A stretch of 41,032 nucleotides of DNA from an uncultured Clostridia bacterium (GTDB taxonomy: Bacteria > Bacillota > Clostridia > TANB77 > CAG-508), in the NCBI GenBank assembly GCA_947627555.1, contig CANQWL010000001.1:1-41032 (forward strand), given 5' to 3'. Under the pieces are notes generated by a model. That model saw only the letters and a list, made by a program, of their open reading frames with translations. It was not told the DNA's origin and did not search any database. Within the stretch, counting starts at the first letter, position 1. Each line of letters begins with the position of its first letter. Shown one piece after another: positions 1 to 10,570 of the stretch. The position numbers and the translations under genes were made by a program.

Positions 1-95
1 TATATTATCTAGCACCGCTTCGGTTTATTCTCTAAAGGATTTTATTGTTTACTTTTCAATGTACTTTTGTTCCTTTTACATGCGGAACGATTTTT

Positions 96-124
96 ATTAT
101 ACATTAACCTTTTACCTTTGTCAA
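96..124 (-). promoter_or_regulatory. sigma-A type promoter TTGACA-N17-TATAAT reading leftwards toward the window edge
   Basis: The minus-strand reading gives TTGACA (124-119), an exactly 17-nt spacer and TATAAT (101-96). No ORF follows in 1-95, only short hairpins (GTTCC..GGAAC, ACCG-AAG-CGGT). It therefore drives a leader RNA or a gene beyond the edge. Confidence 0.5.
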
Positions 125-279
125 TACTTTTTTCATAATTTTTTTAAAATTTTATTAAGAAATTTTTTCCATTGTAAATTTAAGATTTTATAAAACAAAA
201 TTTAGCATATATTTAACTATTGTGTAAATTTTTCTACATCTTCTATACTTATTGGAGATAAGTATATTCTCTATTTTAA

Positions 280-1107
280 TTACCCTGCAATAAAAAAGTA
301 AGCTAATACGATAATACCTAGTACAATTCTATAATATCCAAATGCTTTAAAATCATTTTTCTTTATATAATTCATTAAAAATTTAATTGCCAAAATTGAA
401 ACAACAAATGCTACAACTAACCCAACAATTAATATTATCATTTCTTGACTTGTAAATGCCAAACCAAACTTTAATAATTTTAATAAACTTGCTCCAAACA
501 TAACTGGTATTGCTAAAAAGAATGTGAACTCTGCTGCTATCTCTCTTGAAGTTCCAATTAAAATTCCACCTAATATAGTAGCTCCTGATCTTGAAGTTCC
601 TGGTATTAGTGCTAACAATTGAAATACTCCTATAATAGCTGCTGTTCTATAAGTTAAGTCTTTTAATTCTGTTATATTAGCTTTTTTATTTCTACTTTCT
701 ATAAATATAAATGCAATACCATATATAATTAGCATGATTGCTACAATAAATGCATTATCTAAAAATTTATCTATAATATCTTCAAATAATAATCCAATAA
801 TTGCTGCTGGAACACATGCTACTAATACTTTAAACCATAGAGTCCATGTATCTTTTTTCTCTTCTTTTGTTTTTTTAGTAGAAAATGGATTTAATTTATT
901 AAAATAAAGAACAACTACTGCTAATATTGCTCCTAGTTGAATTACAACTAAAAACATTTTCCAAAACTCTGGTGTTACATTTAGCTTTACAAATTGTTCT
1001 AATAAAATCATATGTCCAGTGCTACTAATTGGTAGCCATTCTGTTATTCCTTCTACAATTCCAAATAAAATAGCTTTTATAATTTCTATTATCATTTTTA
1101 CTATCAT
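280..1107 (-). CDS. uppP: undecaprenyl-diphosphate phosphatase (BacA/UppP)
   Basis: 275 aa polytopic protein with the hallmark motifs [14 protein letters not shown] and [10 protein letters not shown]. The true start may be the second ATG (1095). Confidence 0.9.
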   Translation of the reverse strand: MIVKMIIEIIKAILFGIVEGITEWLPISSTGHMILLEQFVKLNVTPEFWKMFLVVIQLGAILAVVVLYFNKLNPFSTKKTKEEKKDTWTLWFKVLVACVPAAIIGLLFEDIIDKFLDNAFIVAIMLIIYGIAFIFIESRNKKANITELKDLTYRTAAIIGVFQLLALIPGTSRSGATILGGILIGTSREIAAEFTFFLAIPVMFGASLLKLLKFGLAFTSQEMIILIVGLVVAFVVSILAIKFLMNYIKKNDFKAFGYYRIVLGIIVLAYFFIAG

Positions 1108-1177
1108 TCCTTTCGAGTTACAATTTAATTCAAAAAAATTTTAAATTTTCACATAAACAAGATTGTAACTATTTTTT

Positions 1178-2059
1178 CTATATTTTATCTAATTCTTTTT
1201 TTATATCATAAATAGCTTCTTTAATAAATTCTGCAGTTGCTACTGGTGCTACTTTTCCTGGTAGTGCTAATGCCCATATAAAGTTTAGATTTTTTTCTTT
1301 TGCAGCAATTGTGTCAACTCCTCCTGGTTTTGATGCTAAATCTATTATCAAACATTCTTCTTTTACATATTTCAATCTTTCTTTTGTTAATATTATATGA
1401 GGAACTGTATTTATAACAATGTCATATTTCGATAAATTTTCTCCAAGTTTATTTATATTTGTTGCGTTATATCCATATGTTTTTATCCATGCTATATCCT
1501 CACTTTTTCTAGCAGCACATGTTATATTTGCTGATAAACCTTCCATTTTTTTTGCTAATACTTTACTTATTCTTCCAAATCCTAAAATTAAAATTTCGCT
1601 TCCATGAAGATTTTTATTAGTATTTGCTATTGCAATTTCAATTGCACCTTCTGCTGTTGCAATTGAATTAAATATAGCTATTTCTTCTTTTTTCATAATA
1701 TCAATAATTTTTGTATTTTGATTATTAGCTATATCACATATTTCACTACTAATACTTCCTGCAATGAAAACTTTTGAATTTAAATAATTCATTAATTGAT
1801 TAACTGATATTTCTTTATCACTAAATGGTGTATTAATTTCTTTTCCATTGCTTGAAAATGGAATTGGACCTATTACAATTCTTGTGTCATTTCTGATTGT
1901 CTGACTTAAATTATCACAAAGAATTATATTATTTTTTCCTTTTATTTCTTCTGCCTTTTCTAATCCATATGTATATACTATATTATCATCTTTTGCGAGC
2001 ATTTTCACTAGTTTGACAATTCTTAAATCTCCACCGATTACTGAAAAATTTTTACTCAT
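1178..2059 (-). CDS. dpaA: dipicolinate synthase subunit A (SpoVFA/DpaA-like)
   Basis: 293 aa that aligns end to end by eye with B. subtilis SpoVFA: VIGGD.R N-terminus, IAIFNSIATAEGAIEIAI, HGSEILILGFGR Rossmann segment, IIDLASKPGG, LPGKVAP. GGAGG lies 5 nt upstream of the ATG. Confidence 0.85.
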   Translation of the reverse strand: MSKNFSVIGGDLRIVKLVKMLAKDDNIVYTYGLEKAEEIKGKNNIILCDNLSQTIRNDTRIVIGPIPFSSNGKEINTPFSDKEISVNQLMNYLNSKVFIAGSISSEICDIANNQNTKIIDIMKKEEIAIFNSIATAEGAIEIAIANTNKNLHGSEILILGFGRISKVLAKKMEGLSANITCAARKSEDIAWIKTYGYNATNINKLGENLSKYDIVINTVPHIILTKERLKYVKEECLIIDLASKPGGVDTIAAKEKNLNFIWALALPGKVAPVATAEFIKEAIYDIKKELDKI

Positions 2060-2159
2060 AAAACCTCCATTTTAACAATAAATTGCGTGTATTTTATTTT
2101 AATTATATTGTTTTAATTAGATTTTATGAGTATTCATTTTATAAGTTTTTTATATTTTA

Positions 2160-3392
2160 TTATTGAATTTCTCTTTGATTATTTTCCTTGTTGTTTTCTT
2201 CCTTTTCTTGATTTTTTCCTTTACCTGTAGAATCTTTCTTTAATAATTTTATATCACTATAACTTAAATGCCTTGTCTTGTCACACATATCTTCTAGATG
2301 CTCTTTTGCTTTTATTTCTTTAGATTGTAGTTTTGTTTCTAATGTTCCTTCTAAATTAAATGGAATCGATATTTTTACCATAATCGGTATAAAAATTGGA
2401 TCTTTTTTTACTCTTTCTACGATTTTTTTACTATTAATATCTATTGCTGTATTTATATATCTAATTGCTGTATCTTTGTCCATTTTTATTAAAGAAATTT
2501 TTGCAAGTTCATAATAAGCATCTGCCGATAGTTCATCATCTTGAATTACTTCTAAAAATCTTTTTTCTGCTTCTTCTAATTCTTTATAAATTAAAGCAAT
2601 TTGCGCTAAAGAATATTTAGAATTATAAGAAAGTGAATTAATTTCTGATGCTTTTTCATAAGCTTCCTTTGCACTTTGAAAGTCATTTAACATTGTATAT
2701 ACTATTCCTAAATTATAGTATAAATCAAAATTTACAGGATTGTATTTTATAGCATTTTGGTATATATTTGCTGCATCTTTATATTTTTCTTTTTCAATTA
2801 AAATGCTTCCTAATAATTCTGATGCCTCACACATATCAGGTTTCTTATTTAATAAATTAAATAACATTTCAGAGGCTTCGTCTTTCTTATCTAATGCACT
2901 TAATAGCTCTGATACTTTATAATAAGAATCATAATCCTTTTTATTTAAGTCAATTGCCTGTACATACTCATCAATTGCTTTTCTCATTCCACCTTCTTGT
3001 TCATAAATTTGTGCAAGCATTAAATGTGCTTTGTAACTATTTTGATTTTTATCTAATACCTTTATTAATAATTGTTTTGTTTTTTTAGTATCTCCAAATA
3101 TCACACTTATTCTAGCTTTTGAAATATTTACTAATTCAAATAATGAGACATATCTCTTTTCTAAAATTACCACAATAATTGGTAGTAATATTGAAAAAAT
3201 ATATTTTAATATTACAAATACTATGTTTAGTTTTAGTCCAAATAATACTTCTACAAAATTTAATGCTATTCCAACTGCTTCTAAAACTAATATTATTACA
3301 TAAGTTGTATCATTGTTTTTTATCATTCTAAAAAACATATATACAAATAGAGCAAATGCTATAACTGTAAATATTAATTGTTCTATTACCAT
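2160..3392 (-). CDS. membrane-anchored TPR-repeat protein
   Basis: 410 aa. The N-terminal ~90 aa contain three hydrophobic helices, followed by repeated 34-aa-like A..Y...A...(D/N)P.. units (AHLMLAQIYEQEG.., YYNLGIVYTML..AKEAYEKA). The C-terminus is Lys/Glu/Asn-rich. Confidence 0.6.
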   Translation of the reverse strand: MVIEQLIFTVIAFALFVYMFFRMIKNNDTTYVIILVLEAVGIALNFVEVLFGLKLNIVFVILKYIFSILLPIIVVILEKRYVSLFELVNISKARISVIFGDTKKTKQLLIKVLDKNQNSYKAHLMLAQIYEQEGGMRKAIDEYVQAIDLNKKDYDSYYKVSELLSALDKKDEASEMLFNLLNKKPDMCEASELLGSILIEKEKYKDAANIYQNAIKYNPVNFDLYYNLGIVYTMLNDFQSAKEAYEKASEINSLSYNSKYSLAQIALIYKELEEAEKRFLEVIQDDELSADAYYELAKISLIKMDKDTAIRYINTAIDINSKKIVERVKKDPIFIPIMVKISIPFNLEGTLETKLQSKEIKAKEHLEDMCDKTRHLSYSDIKLLKKDSTGKGKNQEKEENNKENNQREIQ

Positions 3393-3573
3393 TTTGCTTA
3401 CTCCTCTTTTTTCGTTATTTTATTTTGTTATATTGTATTGTATTTTTTTTAATTTGTCTAGTATCTATTATAAAAGTTGCGACATACAAAGTTATGAAAA
3501 ATATAATTATAAAGCTTAATAAAAAATTAGCATTTCTAATTTATTAGCAAACATAAATCAATATAGTAAAAAT

Positions 3574-4137
3574 TTAAAATTTATATATTTCTTGATAAAT
3601 CTTATAATCTCTCAAAATTTTTCTAACATAATTATTAGTTTCTTTATACGGAATATTTTCAATATTTGATCCATCTCTTTTGATAATTCCCTTTTCTATC
3701 CATTTATCAATTGTACCTATTCCAGCATTATATGCTGCCAATGCAACTTCCGTATTTTCATATCTCTCTAATAAAATAGATAAATATTTTGTTCCAATTC
3801 GAATATTGTTTTCTGCCTTTAATAATTCTTCTTTTACATTGTCTTGATTTATTTCTATTATATCTCCTTTTGCTATATCTTTTGCTGTATCTTCCATAAT
3901 TTGCATTAGTCCAATTGCATTTTTATTAGAAATTGCTTGTTTATTAAAATTACTTTCTGATTTTATTAATGCAAATATTAAATTTTCATCAACGCCATAC
4001 TCTTCCGAATATATAGATATAATTTCTTGATACGTTTTTGGATAAATTATCTTTAGTATTTTATTTTTGAATACTCCTAGAAAAACAAATATTATTAAAA
4101 TTATTGTTATAAAAATAATTAGTTTTTTGTTTTTCAA
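3574..4137 (-). CDS. lytic transglycosylase (SLT domain), membrane anchored
   Basis: 187 aa with an N-terminal TM segment, the catalytic ESNFN..AIS..NAIGLMQI motif and AAYNAGIGT. The start codon is TTG, preceded by AAGGAAGAG. Confidence 0.8.
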   Translation of the reverse strand: MKNKKLIIFITIILIIFVFLGVFKNKILKIIYPKTYQEIISIYSEEYGVDENLIFALIKSESNFNKQAISNKNAIGLMQIMEDTAKDIAKGDIIEINQDNVKEELLKAENNIRIGTKYLSILLERYENTEVALAAYNAGIGTIDKWIEKGIIKRDGSNIENIPYKETNNYVRKILRDYKIYQEIYKF

Positions 4138-4154
4138 CTTTTTCTCTTCCTTTC

Positions 4155-6855
4155 TTATTTACACTCATACCAATTATTTGCTTCTGATATTTCTGCAATT
4201 AGTGGTACTTTTAAGTCAGCTGCTGTTTCCATAGATGTTTTTAAAATTTCTTTTATTTCATTAATTTCTTTTTGTGGCACTTCAATCATCATCTCATCAT
4301 GAACTTGTAACACAATTTTTGATTCTAGTTTTCGTTTTTTTATTTCTTGATATACTTTTATCATTGCTATTTTCATAATATCTGCTGCTGTGCCTTGTAT
4401 TGGAGTATTCATTGCAGCTCTTGAGCCAAATTGTCTTACCATATAATTATTAGATTTCAATTCTGGAATATATCTTCTTCTGTGAAATAAGGTCTCTACA
4501 TATCCTTTTTCTTTTGCTTCTTCTGTGATATTATTCATAAAGTTTTTTATGCCCTCATATTGTTCTAAATATTCATCAATGTATTTCTTTGCTTGTTTTC
4601 TAGATATTCCTAATTGCTCTCCTAATCCAAAATCACTAATACCATAAACAATTCCAAAATTAACTGCTTTTGCATTACTTCTTTGTTCTTTTGTTACTTG
4701 GTCAATTGGTGTTTTAAATACTTTTGATGCTGCTTGTTTATGGATATCTTGACCTTCTTTAAATGCTTCTATCATATGTTTGTCTTCTGAAATTGCTGCT
4801 AATACTCTTAATTCTATTTGTGAATAATCAGCATCTATATAAACTTTTCCTTCCTCTGGCTTAAATGCCTTTCTTACTCTTTTTCCTAATTCAAATCTTG
4901 TAGGTATATTTTGTAGATTTGGCTCTGTTGAACTAATTCTTCCTGTCGCTGTTATTGTTTGATGAAAGAAGGAATGAATTCTTTTTGTTTTTGGATTTAT
5001 ATATGGTTTTAAACCTTCTACATAAGTGGAATTTAATTTGGCTAATTGTCTATATTCTAAAATTTGTTCTATTATTGGGTCTTCTTTTCTTAATTTTTCT
5101 AAAACATCTACATCTGTTGAATATCCATTTTTTGTTTTCTTTATTACTGGTAATTTCATTTTTTCAAATAAAATTTCTCCTAGTTGTTTTGTAGAATTAA
5201 TATTAAATTCTTCTCCTGCCATTTCATAAATTATTTTAGTTATAGTTTCTATCTTTTCTGTTAATTCTTTTCCAAATTCATTTAGTTCTACTTCATCTAA
5301 ATACATTCCATTCCACTGCATATCTGATAAAATTTCAATTGTTGGTATATCAATATTATAAAATAGGTCTAAACTATTTACTTTTTCTAATTCTTTTAAT
5401 GTAATTTTTCTTATTTCAGAAATTGCATAACTATATAATGCATATTTCTCTTTTTCTTGCTTTCTGTCCGTCTCTTCTGATATTGCATCAAATAAATTAA
5501 TTTGCTGTGATTCTTCTTCCTTAATATATTCTTCTATATTTATTTCTAAATATTGTTCAATTAAATTTTCTATTTTTAATTTATTATTTGTAGGATTTAA
5601 AATATAAGCAGCTATTGCTATATCATAATTTATTCCTTTTAACTGAATTCCTTCCTGTTTTAATAATATATATACTTTTGTTAAGTCAATACCTATTTTT
5701 TTAATACTTTCGTCTTCTAGTATTTCTTTTAGTTCTATAATATTATTATTTTTTAAGTCCAAATAATAAGCTTCTTTTTGTTCCTCATTATATATACTTA
5801 TTCCTATTATCTTTTCTTTAATAATGTTTTCTTCTTTATCTTGTTTAATTGTTGCAATTGAAAAAATCATTTGTTTTTGCTCTTTAATTAATTGTATGAT
5901 TTCTTCCTTACTTTTATCTGCATTTTTAAAAGTTTCTTTTATATCTTTTTCCACAGTTTCTGCATTATCTGTTAATGAAAATCTTTCAATATATCTTTTA
6001 AAATTTAACTCTTTAAAAATTTCTAATACTTTTTGCTTGTCCCATTCTTCTACTTTGAAATTTTCTAATGTGTCTGTTATTGGCACTTCTAAATTAATTG
6101 TTCCTAAAGTTTTTGACATAAATGCTAAATCTTTATTTTCTACAATTTTTTCTCTTTGTTTTCCTTTTAATCCATCTTCTTCTTTTTCAATTGCTTGATA
6201 AAGATTTTCTATTGAGCCAAATTTTTGAATAAGTGATAAAGCTGTTTTTTCTCCTACTCCTGGCACACCTGGGATGTTATCAGAGGTATCTCCTTGTAAT
6301 CCTTTTACATCTATTAATTGTTTTGGTTCTAGTCCATATTTTTCTATAATCTTTTCCCTATTAAATTCATCTGTTTCTGTTTTTCCTGATTTTGTATGAG
6401 GAATTCTAATTGTTACTTTATCTGTTGCAAGTTGAAATGTATCTCTATCTCCTGAAAGAATTGTAACTTCTAATCCTTGTTTTTCTCCATATCTAGATAA
6501 GGTACCGAAGCACATCATCTGCTTCGTACCCCTCCATTTCTACAATATCAATATTCATTGCTGATAATATTTCTTTTATTATTGGCATTTGTTCTGCTAA
6601 TTCATCTGGCATTCCTTTTCTATTTGCTTTATATCCTTCATACATTTTGTGCCTTGCAGTTGGCGCTTTTAAGTCAAATGCTACTACAAGATATTGAGGT
6701 TCTATATCTTCTAATATTTTAAACAAAATTGCTAAAAATCCATAAATAGCATTTGTATATTTTCCATCTTTTGTTGTTAACATTCTATTTCCCATAATTC
6801 CATAGAATGCTCTATTCATAATACTATTACCATCAACTAATACTAATTTATCCAA
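4155..6855 (-). pseudogene. polA: DNA polymerase I, reading frame broken by one extra base (or an assembly error)
   Basis: ORF 6493-6855 encodes the start of the 5' nuclease (..EGYEADDV). ORF 4155-6518 continues with GTLSRYGE..SGDRD and the polymerase motifs DADYSQIELR, RSNAKAVNFGIVYG and QVHDE. The two frames are offset by 1 and the span of 2701 nt equals 3n+1. Removing one G near 6507 restores ..EADDVLGTLS... Confidence 0.85.
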
Positions 6856-6897
6856 GCTTTTTCCTCCTCTTATTGTAAATGACTTTTTTACTAAATT

Positions 6898-8400
6898 TTA
6901 ATACATATATACAGAGATATACAGAGTATCATTTATACATAAATATCCTTTATCTTGGTCTACCCTTTTTATGTATTCATTTATTTCTTGGTAGGTTACT
7001 TCTTTCTCTTTTAAATTTCTGTTTGTATAATAATTAATTATTCCCTGTGATGCCCATTCAGTTCTAATAGCACTTACTGCTGTTCCAACTCCTGTACAAT
7101 TCATTTCTTCATAATATGCCTTATCTACACTATTAGTAATTACAATAATACTAATATTTGTTACTTTTATTTTATTTTCTTTTTCATAATCAGAAATATA
7201 ATCATCAATAATATATGTATATTGTTCATCTAATTGATTTTGTTGTTTATTTAATTTAATTAAATAAACATAATTAATTGAATTAATTATACCATATATG
7301 ATAAAAATTATAATTAATAATTTGTCTAATATTTCATTCCTTTTTAAAATATCCATTTTTACAATTAAATGTATAAATAAAATTCCTATTATTGCTCCAA
7401 TAGAAAATCTCATTCTTGCTGACCAAAATCCTGTTAAATTTATTACAGATGGTATAAATGCAAAAGCAATGCTAAATATTATAATTACAAATTGTTCAAG
7501 CAATATTATTTTGTTATTTTTATCATTTTTCTTATTTTCTTGTTTTACAATTTTGAGTAAAACTAGTATGCTAACTGTAACAGTAAATATAATATAAAGA
7601 TATTTTGGAAATAAGTTTGCTGTATTTATTAATACTTCAAATAACTCATATATAATAAATTTTATGTTTAAAAAAATTTTTCCTAAATTTATACCTCTTG
7701 TTTGTGTTGTATGAAAAATATTCTCTGTTATAATAATACAACCATTATTATAGAAAAATCCTAATAAAAAGATTAGAATAGCTCTTATAAAGTTTTTTAT
7801 AAACCCTTTTAATTTTTCATTATTCAACATAGAAAATAAAATAACAAATATAAAAAATGCTGATATTGTTCCTTGATATGATATAAGTCCTAAAAACACT
7901 AACATTGATGCCTTTATGTTATCTATCATATTATTTTTAATAATTTTATTAGCTGCTAAAATATAAAATAATATACTCAATGACATTACAAAACATTCTA
8001 CAAAATACATATTTTCAAAATATGAAAAATTAAATATCGTATAATAACAAACTACTAATAAAAAAATATGTTCTTTTGTGTTTTCTATATTTTTATATTT
8101 TAAAATAATATTTTTTAATACTATAACAGAATAGCATGATACAATAATTGCTAATATTTCTAACAAAATAGTATATACAACAATAGGTATATTTAACATA
8201 TGTGCTAAAAATCCTATAAAAGCCATAAATACTCTTCCATCTGTTAAAGAATAGTTTATTGCATATTTTTCATAGCCAATATTTATAATATTAAATGTAT
8301 CAGTTGCAAAATGTCCTACTAAATAGCCAGAAAATATAACAATGCTAAACAATATTATACTTATAAACATTACTTTGTCTAATTTATTTAATTTTTCCAT
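6898..8400 (-). CDS. polytopic membrane protein, GT-C/GtrII-like glycosyltransferase candidate
   Basis: 500 aa with about 12 hydrophobic helices, an early ATDTF...GR segment and a soluble C-terminal ~100 aa. The family assignment is by general resemblance only. Confidence 0.4.
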   Translation of the reverse strand: MEKLNKLDKVMFISIILFSIVIFSGYLVGHFATDTFNIINIGYEKYAINYSLTDGRVFMAFIGFLAHMLNIPIVVYTILLEILAIIVSCYSVIVLKNIILKYKNIENTKEHIFLLVVCYYTIFNFSYFENMYFVECFVMSLSILFYILAANKIIKNNMIDNIKASMLVFLGLISYQGTISAFFIFVILFSMLNNEKLKGFIKNFIRAILIFLLGFFYNNGCIIITENIFHTTQTRGINLGKIFLNIKFIIYELFEVLINTANLFPKYLYIIFTVTVSILVLLKIVKQENKKNDKNNKIILLEQFVIIIFSIAFAFIPSVINLTGFWSARMRFSIGAIIGILFIHLIVKMDILKRNEILDKLLIIIFIIYGIINSINYVYLIKLNKQQNQLDEQYTYIIDDYISDYEKENKIKVTNISIIVITNSVDKAYYEEMNCTGVGTAVSAIRTEWASQGIINYYTNRNLKEKEVTYQEINEYIKRVDQDKGYLCINDTLYISVYMY

Positions 8401-8409
8401 TACTTTTAT

Positions 8410-9852
8410 TTACTCCATTTTTTTAATTCTTGCATTATATAGTACTGCAATTAGTGTACCTATTACCATAAAAAGTACAAATGGTGTTCCATAACGCCAT
8501 CCTTCCCCATATGTTAAAAATATAGAATTTGCAAATTGACTTATTAAAGATATTTGTATAATTAATCTTATATCTTCTGCTTTTTGCCAAATTAAACATG
8601 GGAATAACCACATTATATACCATGGTTGAAAATTTGTAATTAATAAAAATAAAAATGCCATAATAAAATAATTTGCTTTTTGTATTTCTTTTCTAAATTT
8701 TATATTTCTCTTATTTAAAATGATTACACAAGCAAAGAAATAAATAATAACAAATATTTTAAATATGTTTTTATTAATTAATGTTACTAATCCCTCTGGC
8801 TCTGTAAAATATTCTGAAATAACAGTATAAATACTTTTAGCTAATTTATCTTGTTGTGTGGCTAGTCCGTTTAATACATTAATATCTTGAACATATAATA
8901 AGTAACAAATAGCTAAAATTATTATAAATCCTGCTCCATATTCTATACATTTTATCAATCTTTTTGCTGTTTTTTCTTTTCTTACATAGTAAATAATAAT
9001 AAATGGTAATAATAAAATTGTAAAATATTTTATTGCAGTTGCCAGTGCTAAAAATAATATGCTAAGTCCTATATTTTTCTTTTTTAATAAAAAGTAAAAA
9101 CTAGCTAATGTAAATAAAACAACAAACATATCATTATGAACACATGCAATTCCTTCTATTAATATAAACGGATTTAACCCATATAATAATACAAATATTT
9201 TTTTATTACTTAATTTATATATAAAATAGCAATTTAATATATGTATAACTACATTAATCAATTTAAATACTAATAGTCCTATATCTATATTTCCAAATGA
9301 TAACATTGCTACAATTCTACAAATCAATGTCCATATTGGACCATATACTACTGTTGAGTTTGACCAATCATTTATGTATCCTTGCGCTAATACTGTATCT
9401 TGTTCTAAATATTTATTATTATCTCCTTGCTCTACAAATTGTTTTATAGTTGTATAATATGGATTTTGGTGATACTCGCTATCAAGTCTTCCAATTCCTA
9501 AGTAATAAAATACATCTGAGCAAGTAAATGGTATTACAATTACAAATATTAAAGATATTATTGTTATAAAAGTAAATAATTCTTTTTTATTTTTAAAAAT
9601 TTTCTCTCTATTTTTTACTATAAGAAAATATAATGTTGTCATTATTGCTAAAATTAAAATATATAATAAAGTTTGATTAATTCTATTTGTGTCATTTAAC
9701 ATGAATTTAAACCATTGTTCAAATTGAAATACTGTTTTATTTTTTATATAGTATATCATTGATGGTATTGTAAACATTATACATGATATTATAAATGATA
9801 TATTTAACACTATACTTATTCTTTTATCTTTTTTTATATCAGTTTTTATCAT
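8410..9852 (-). CDS. polytopic membrane protein, GT-C fold (mannosyltransferase/DUF2029-like) candidate
   Basis: Multi-TM protein with a late FQPWYIMWLFP-type motif. The ORF track starts at 9933, but the ATG at 9852 (MIKTDIKK..) is the one preceded by AGAGGA at proper spacing. Confidence 0.4.
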   Translation of the reverse strand: MIKTDIKKDKRISIVLNISFIISCIMFTIPSMIYYIKNKTVFQFEQWFKFMLNDTNRINQTLLYILILAIMTTLYFLIVKNREKIFKNKKELFTFITIISLIFVIVIPFTCSDVFYYLGIGRLDSEYHQNPYYTTIKQFVEQGDNNKYLEQDTVLAQGYINDWSNSTVVYGPIWTLICRIVAMLSFGNIDIGLLVFKLINVVIHILNCYFIYKLSNKKIFVLLYGLNPFILIEGIACVHNDMFVVLFTLASFYFLLKKKNIGLSILFLALATAIKYFTILLLPFIIIYYVRKEKTAKRLIKCIEYGAGFIIILAICYLLYVQDINVLNGLATQQDKLAKSIYTVISEYFTEPEGLVTLINKNIFKIFVIIYFFACVIILNKRNIKFRKEIQKANYFIMAFLFLLITNFQPWYIMWLFPCLIWQKAEDIRLIIQISLISQFANSIFLTYGEGWRYGTPFVLFMVIGTLIAVLYNARIKKME

Positions 9853-9985
9853 TTTTTCCTCTTTTCTTCTTTTCTTTACCATATTGATAACTATTCTACT
9901 TACTATGTTTTTTAATAGTATTGTTTTTTGCATTTTATTTTTCGTTACTAGTCGGCCTCAATATACCTAAAGTCCGCACTAGTGA

Positions 9986-10552
9986 TTATTTTTCTTTCAA
10001 ATTTATATAATAATTATAACATTCTATACTATTTTTATGGATAAGTTTATTAGTTTCTAATAGTCTATTAATTACCCATTTACATACTTCTATAATTCCT
10101 TGATCAATATCTTTTTTTATTATATCTACATAAATATTTGAACAATATTTTCTGTTTTCTTCTGTAGCATCTGCTAAATAAATTATTTTTTCTATAATGC
10201 TCATATTTGCCCTTCCTGTCGTATGATATTTTATTGCATTGACCATATCATCTGTGAAATCGTATTTATATTTGCAAATATATGCTCCTATTTTTGCATG
10301 AATTAAATTTTTATTCTTTTGTTCGATATCATCTAATACAATTCCATATTCTTTGAGATATTTATCTATTTCTTCATTTGTTAGTTCTTTTGCAATATCA
10401 TGTGCTATTGCAACTAATTTAACTTTTTCTATATCTACATTATATATTTTAGCATATTCTATTGCTCTTTTTACAACGCCTTCGGAATGCTTAAATCTCT
10501 TTTCTGATAATGTGTTTTTTACTTCTTTATATAGTTGCTCGTATTCAATCAT
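9986..10552 (-). CDS. yqeK: bis(5'-nucleosyl)-tetraphosphatase, HD-domain YqeK family
   Basis: 188 aa with RFKHSEGV, AIAHDIAKE, KYHTTGR and IIYLAD motifs typical of YqeK. Confidence 0.85.
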   Translation of the reverse strand: MIEYEQLYKEVKNTLSEKRFKHSEGVVKRAIEYAKIYNVDIEKVKLVAIAHDIAKELTNEEIDKYLKEYGIVLDDIEQKNKNLIHAKIGAYICKYKYDFTDDMVNAIKYHTTGRANMSIIEKIIYLADATEENRKYCSNIYVDIIKKDIDQGIIEVCKWVINRLLETNKLIHKNSIECYNYYINLKEK

Positions 10553-10570
10553 ATTTTTTACTTTCTCCCC

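Noticed and set aside
1081-1112. An identical GAAAGG(A)ATGATAGTAAAAATG start context (MIVKM..) at two unrelated membrane-protein genes, uppP (about 1093-1113) and the TIGR04086-like gene (about 30716-30736).
   Set aside because: Only about 20 nt are shared. This is most simply a coincidence of an SD-like sequence plus an AT-rich spacer, and it mainly suggests that the second ATG is the real start in both genes. There is no flanking similarity to indicate a mobile or regulatory element.
1419-1607. Plus-strand ORFs lying antisense to well-supported minus-strand genes, for example 1419-1607, 2278-2514, 4955-5229, 5824-6198, 7298-7597, 10353-10670, 12066-12534, 15301-15495, 19923-20198, 21396-21836, 25461-26423 and 28584-29150.
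   Set aside because: All lie entirely within conserved genes on the opposite strand. They encode Phe/Leu/Ile/Ser-rich low-complexity strings typical of the antisense of AT-rich coding DNA, and they lack ribosome-binding sites.
8435-8623. Nested minus-strand ORFs in alternative frames: 8435-8623, 16333-16524 and 13515-13736.
   Set aside because: They are contained within longer, better-supported ORFs, have no RBS and give implausible translations.
9944-9986. A relatively G+C-rich segment with two ACTAGT hexamers (9947-9952, 9978-9983) in an imperfect inverted repeat between yqeK and the downstream membrane-protein gene.
   Set aside because: It could be a weak terminator or a protein site, but the stem is short and bulged, there is no U-tail, and there is only one occurrence. 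The evidence is insufficient to call a feature.
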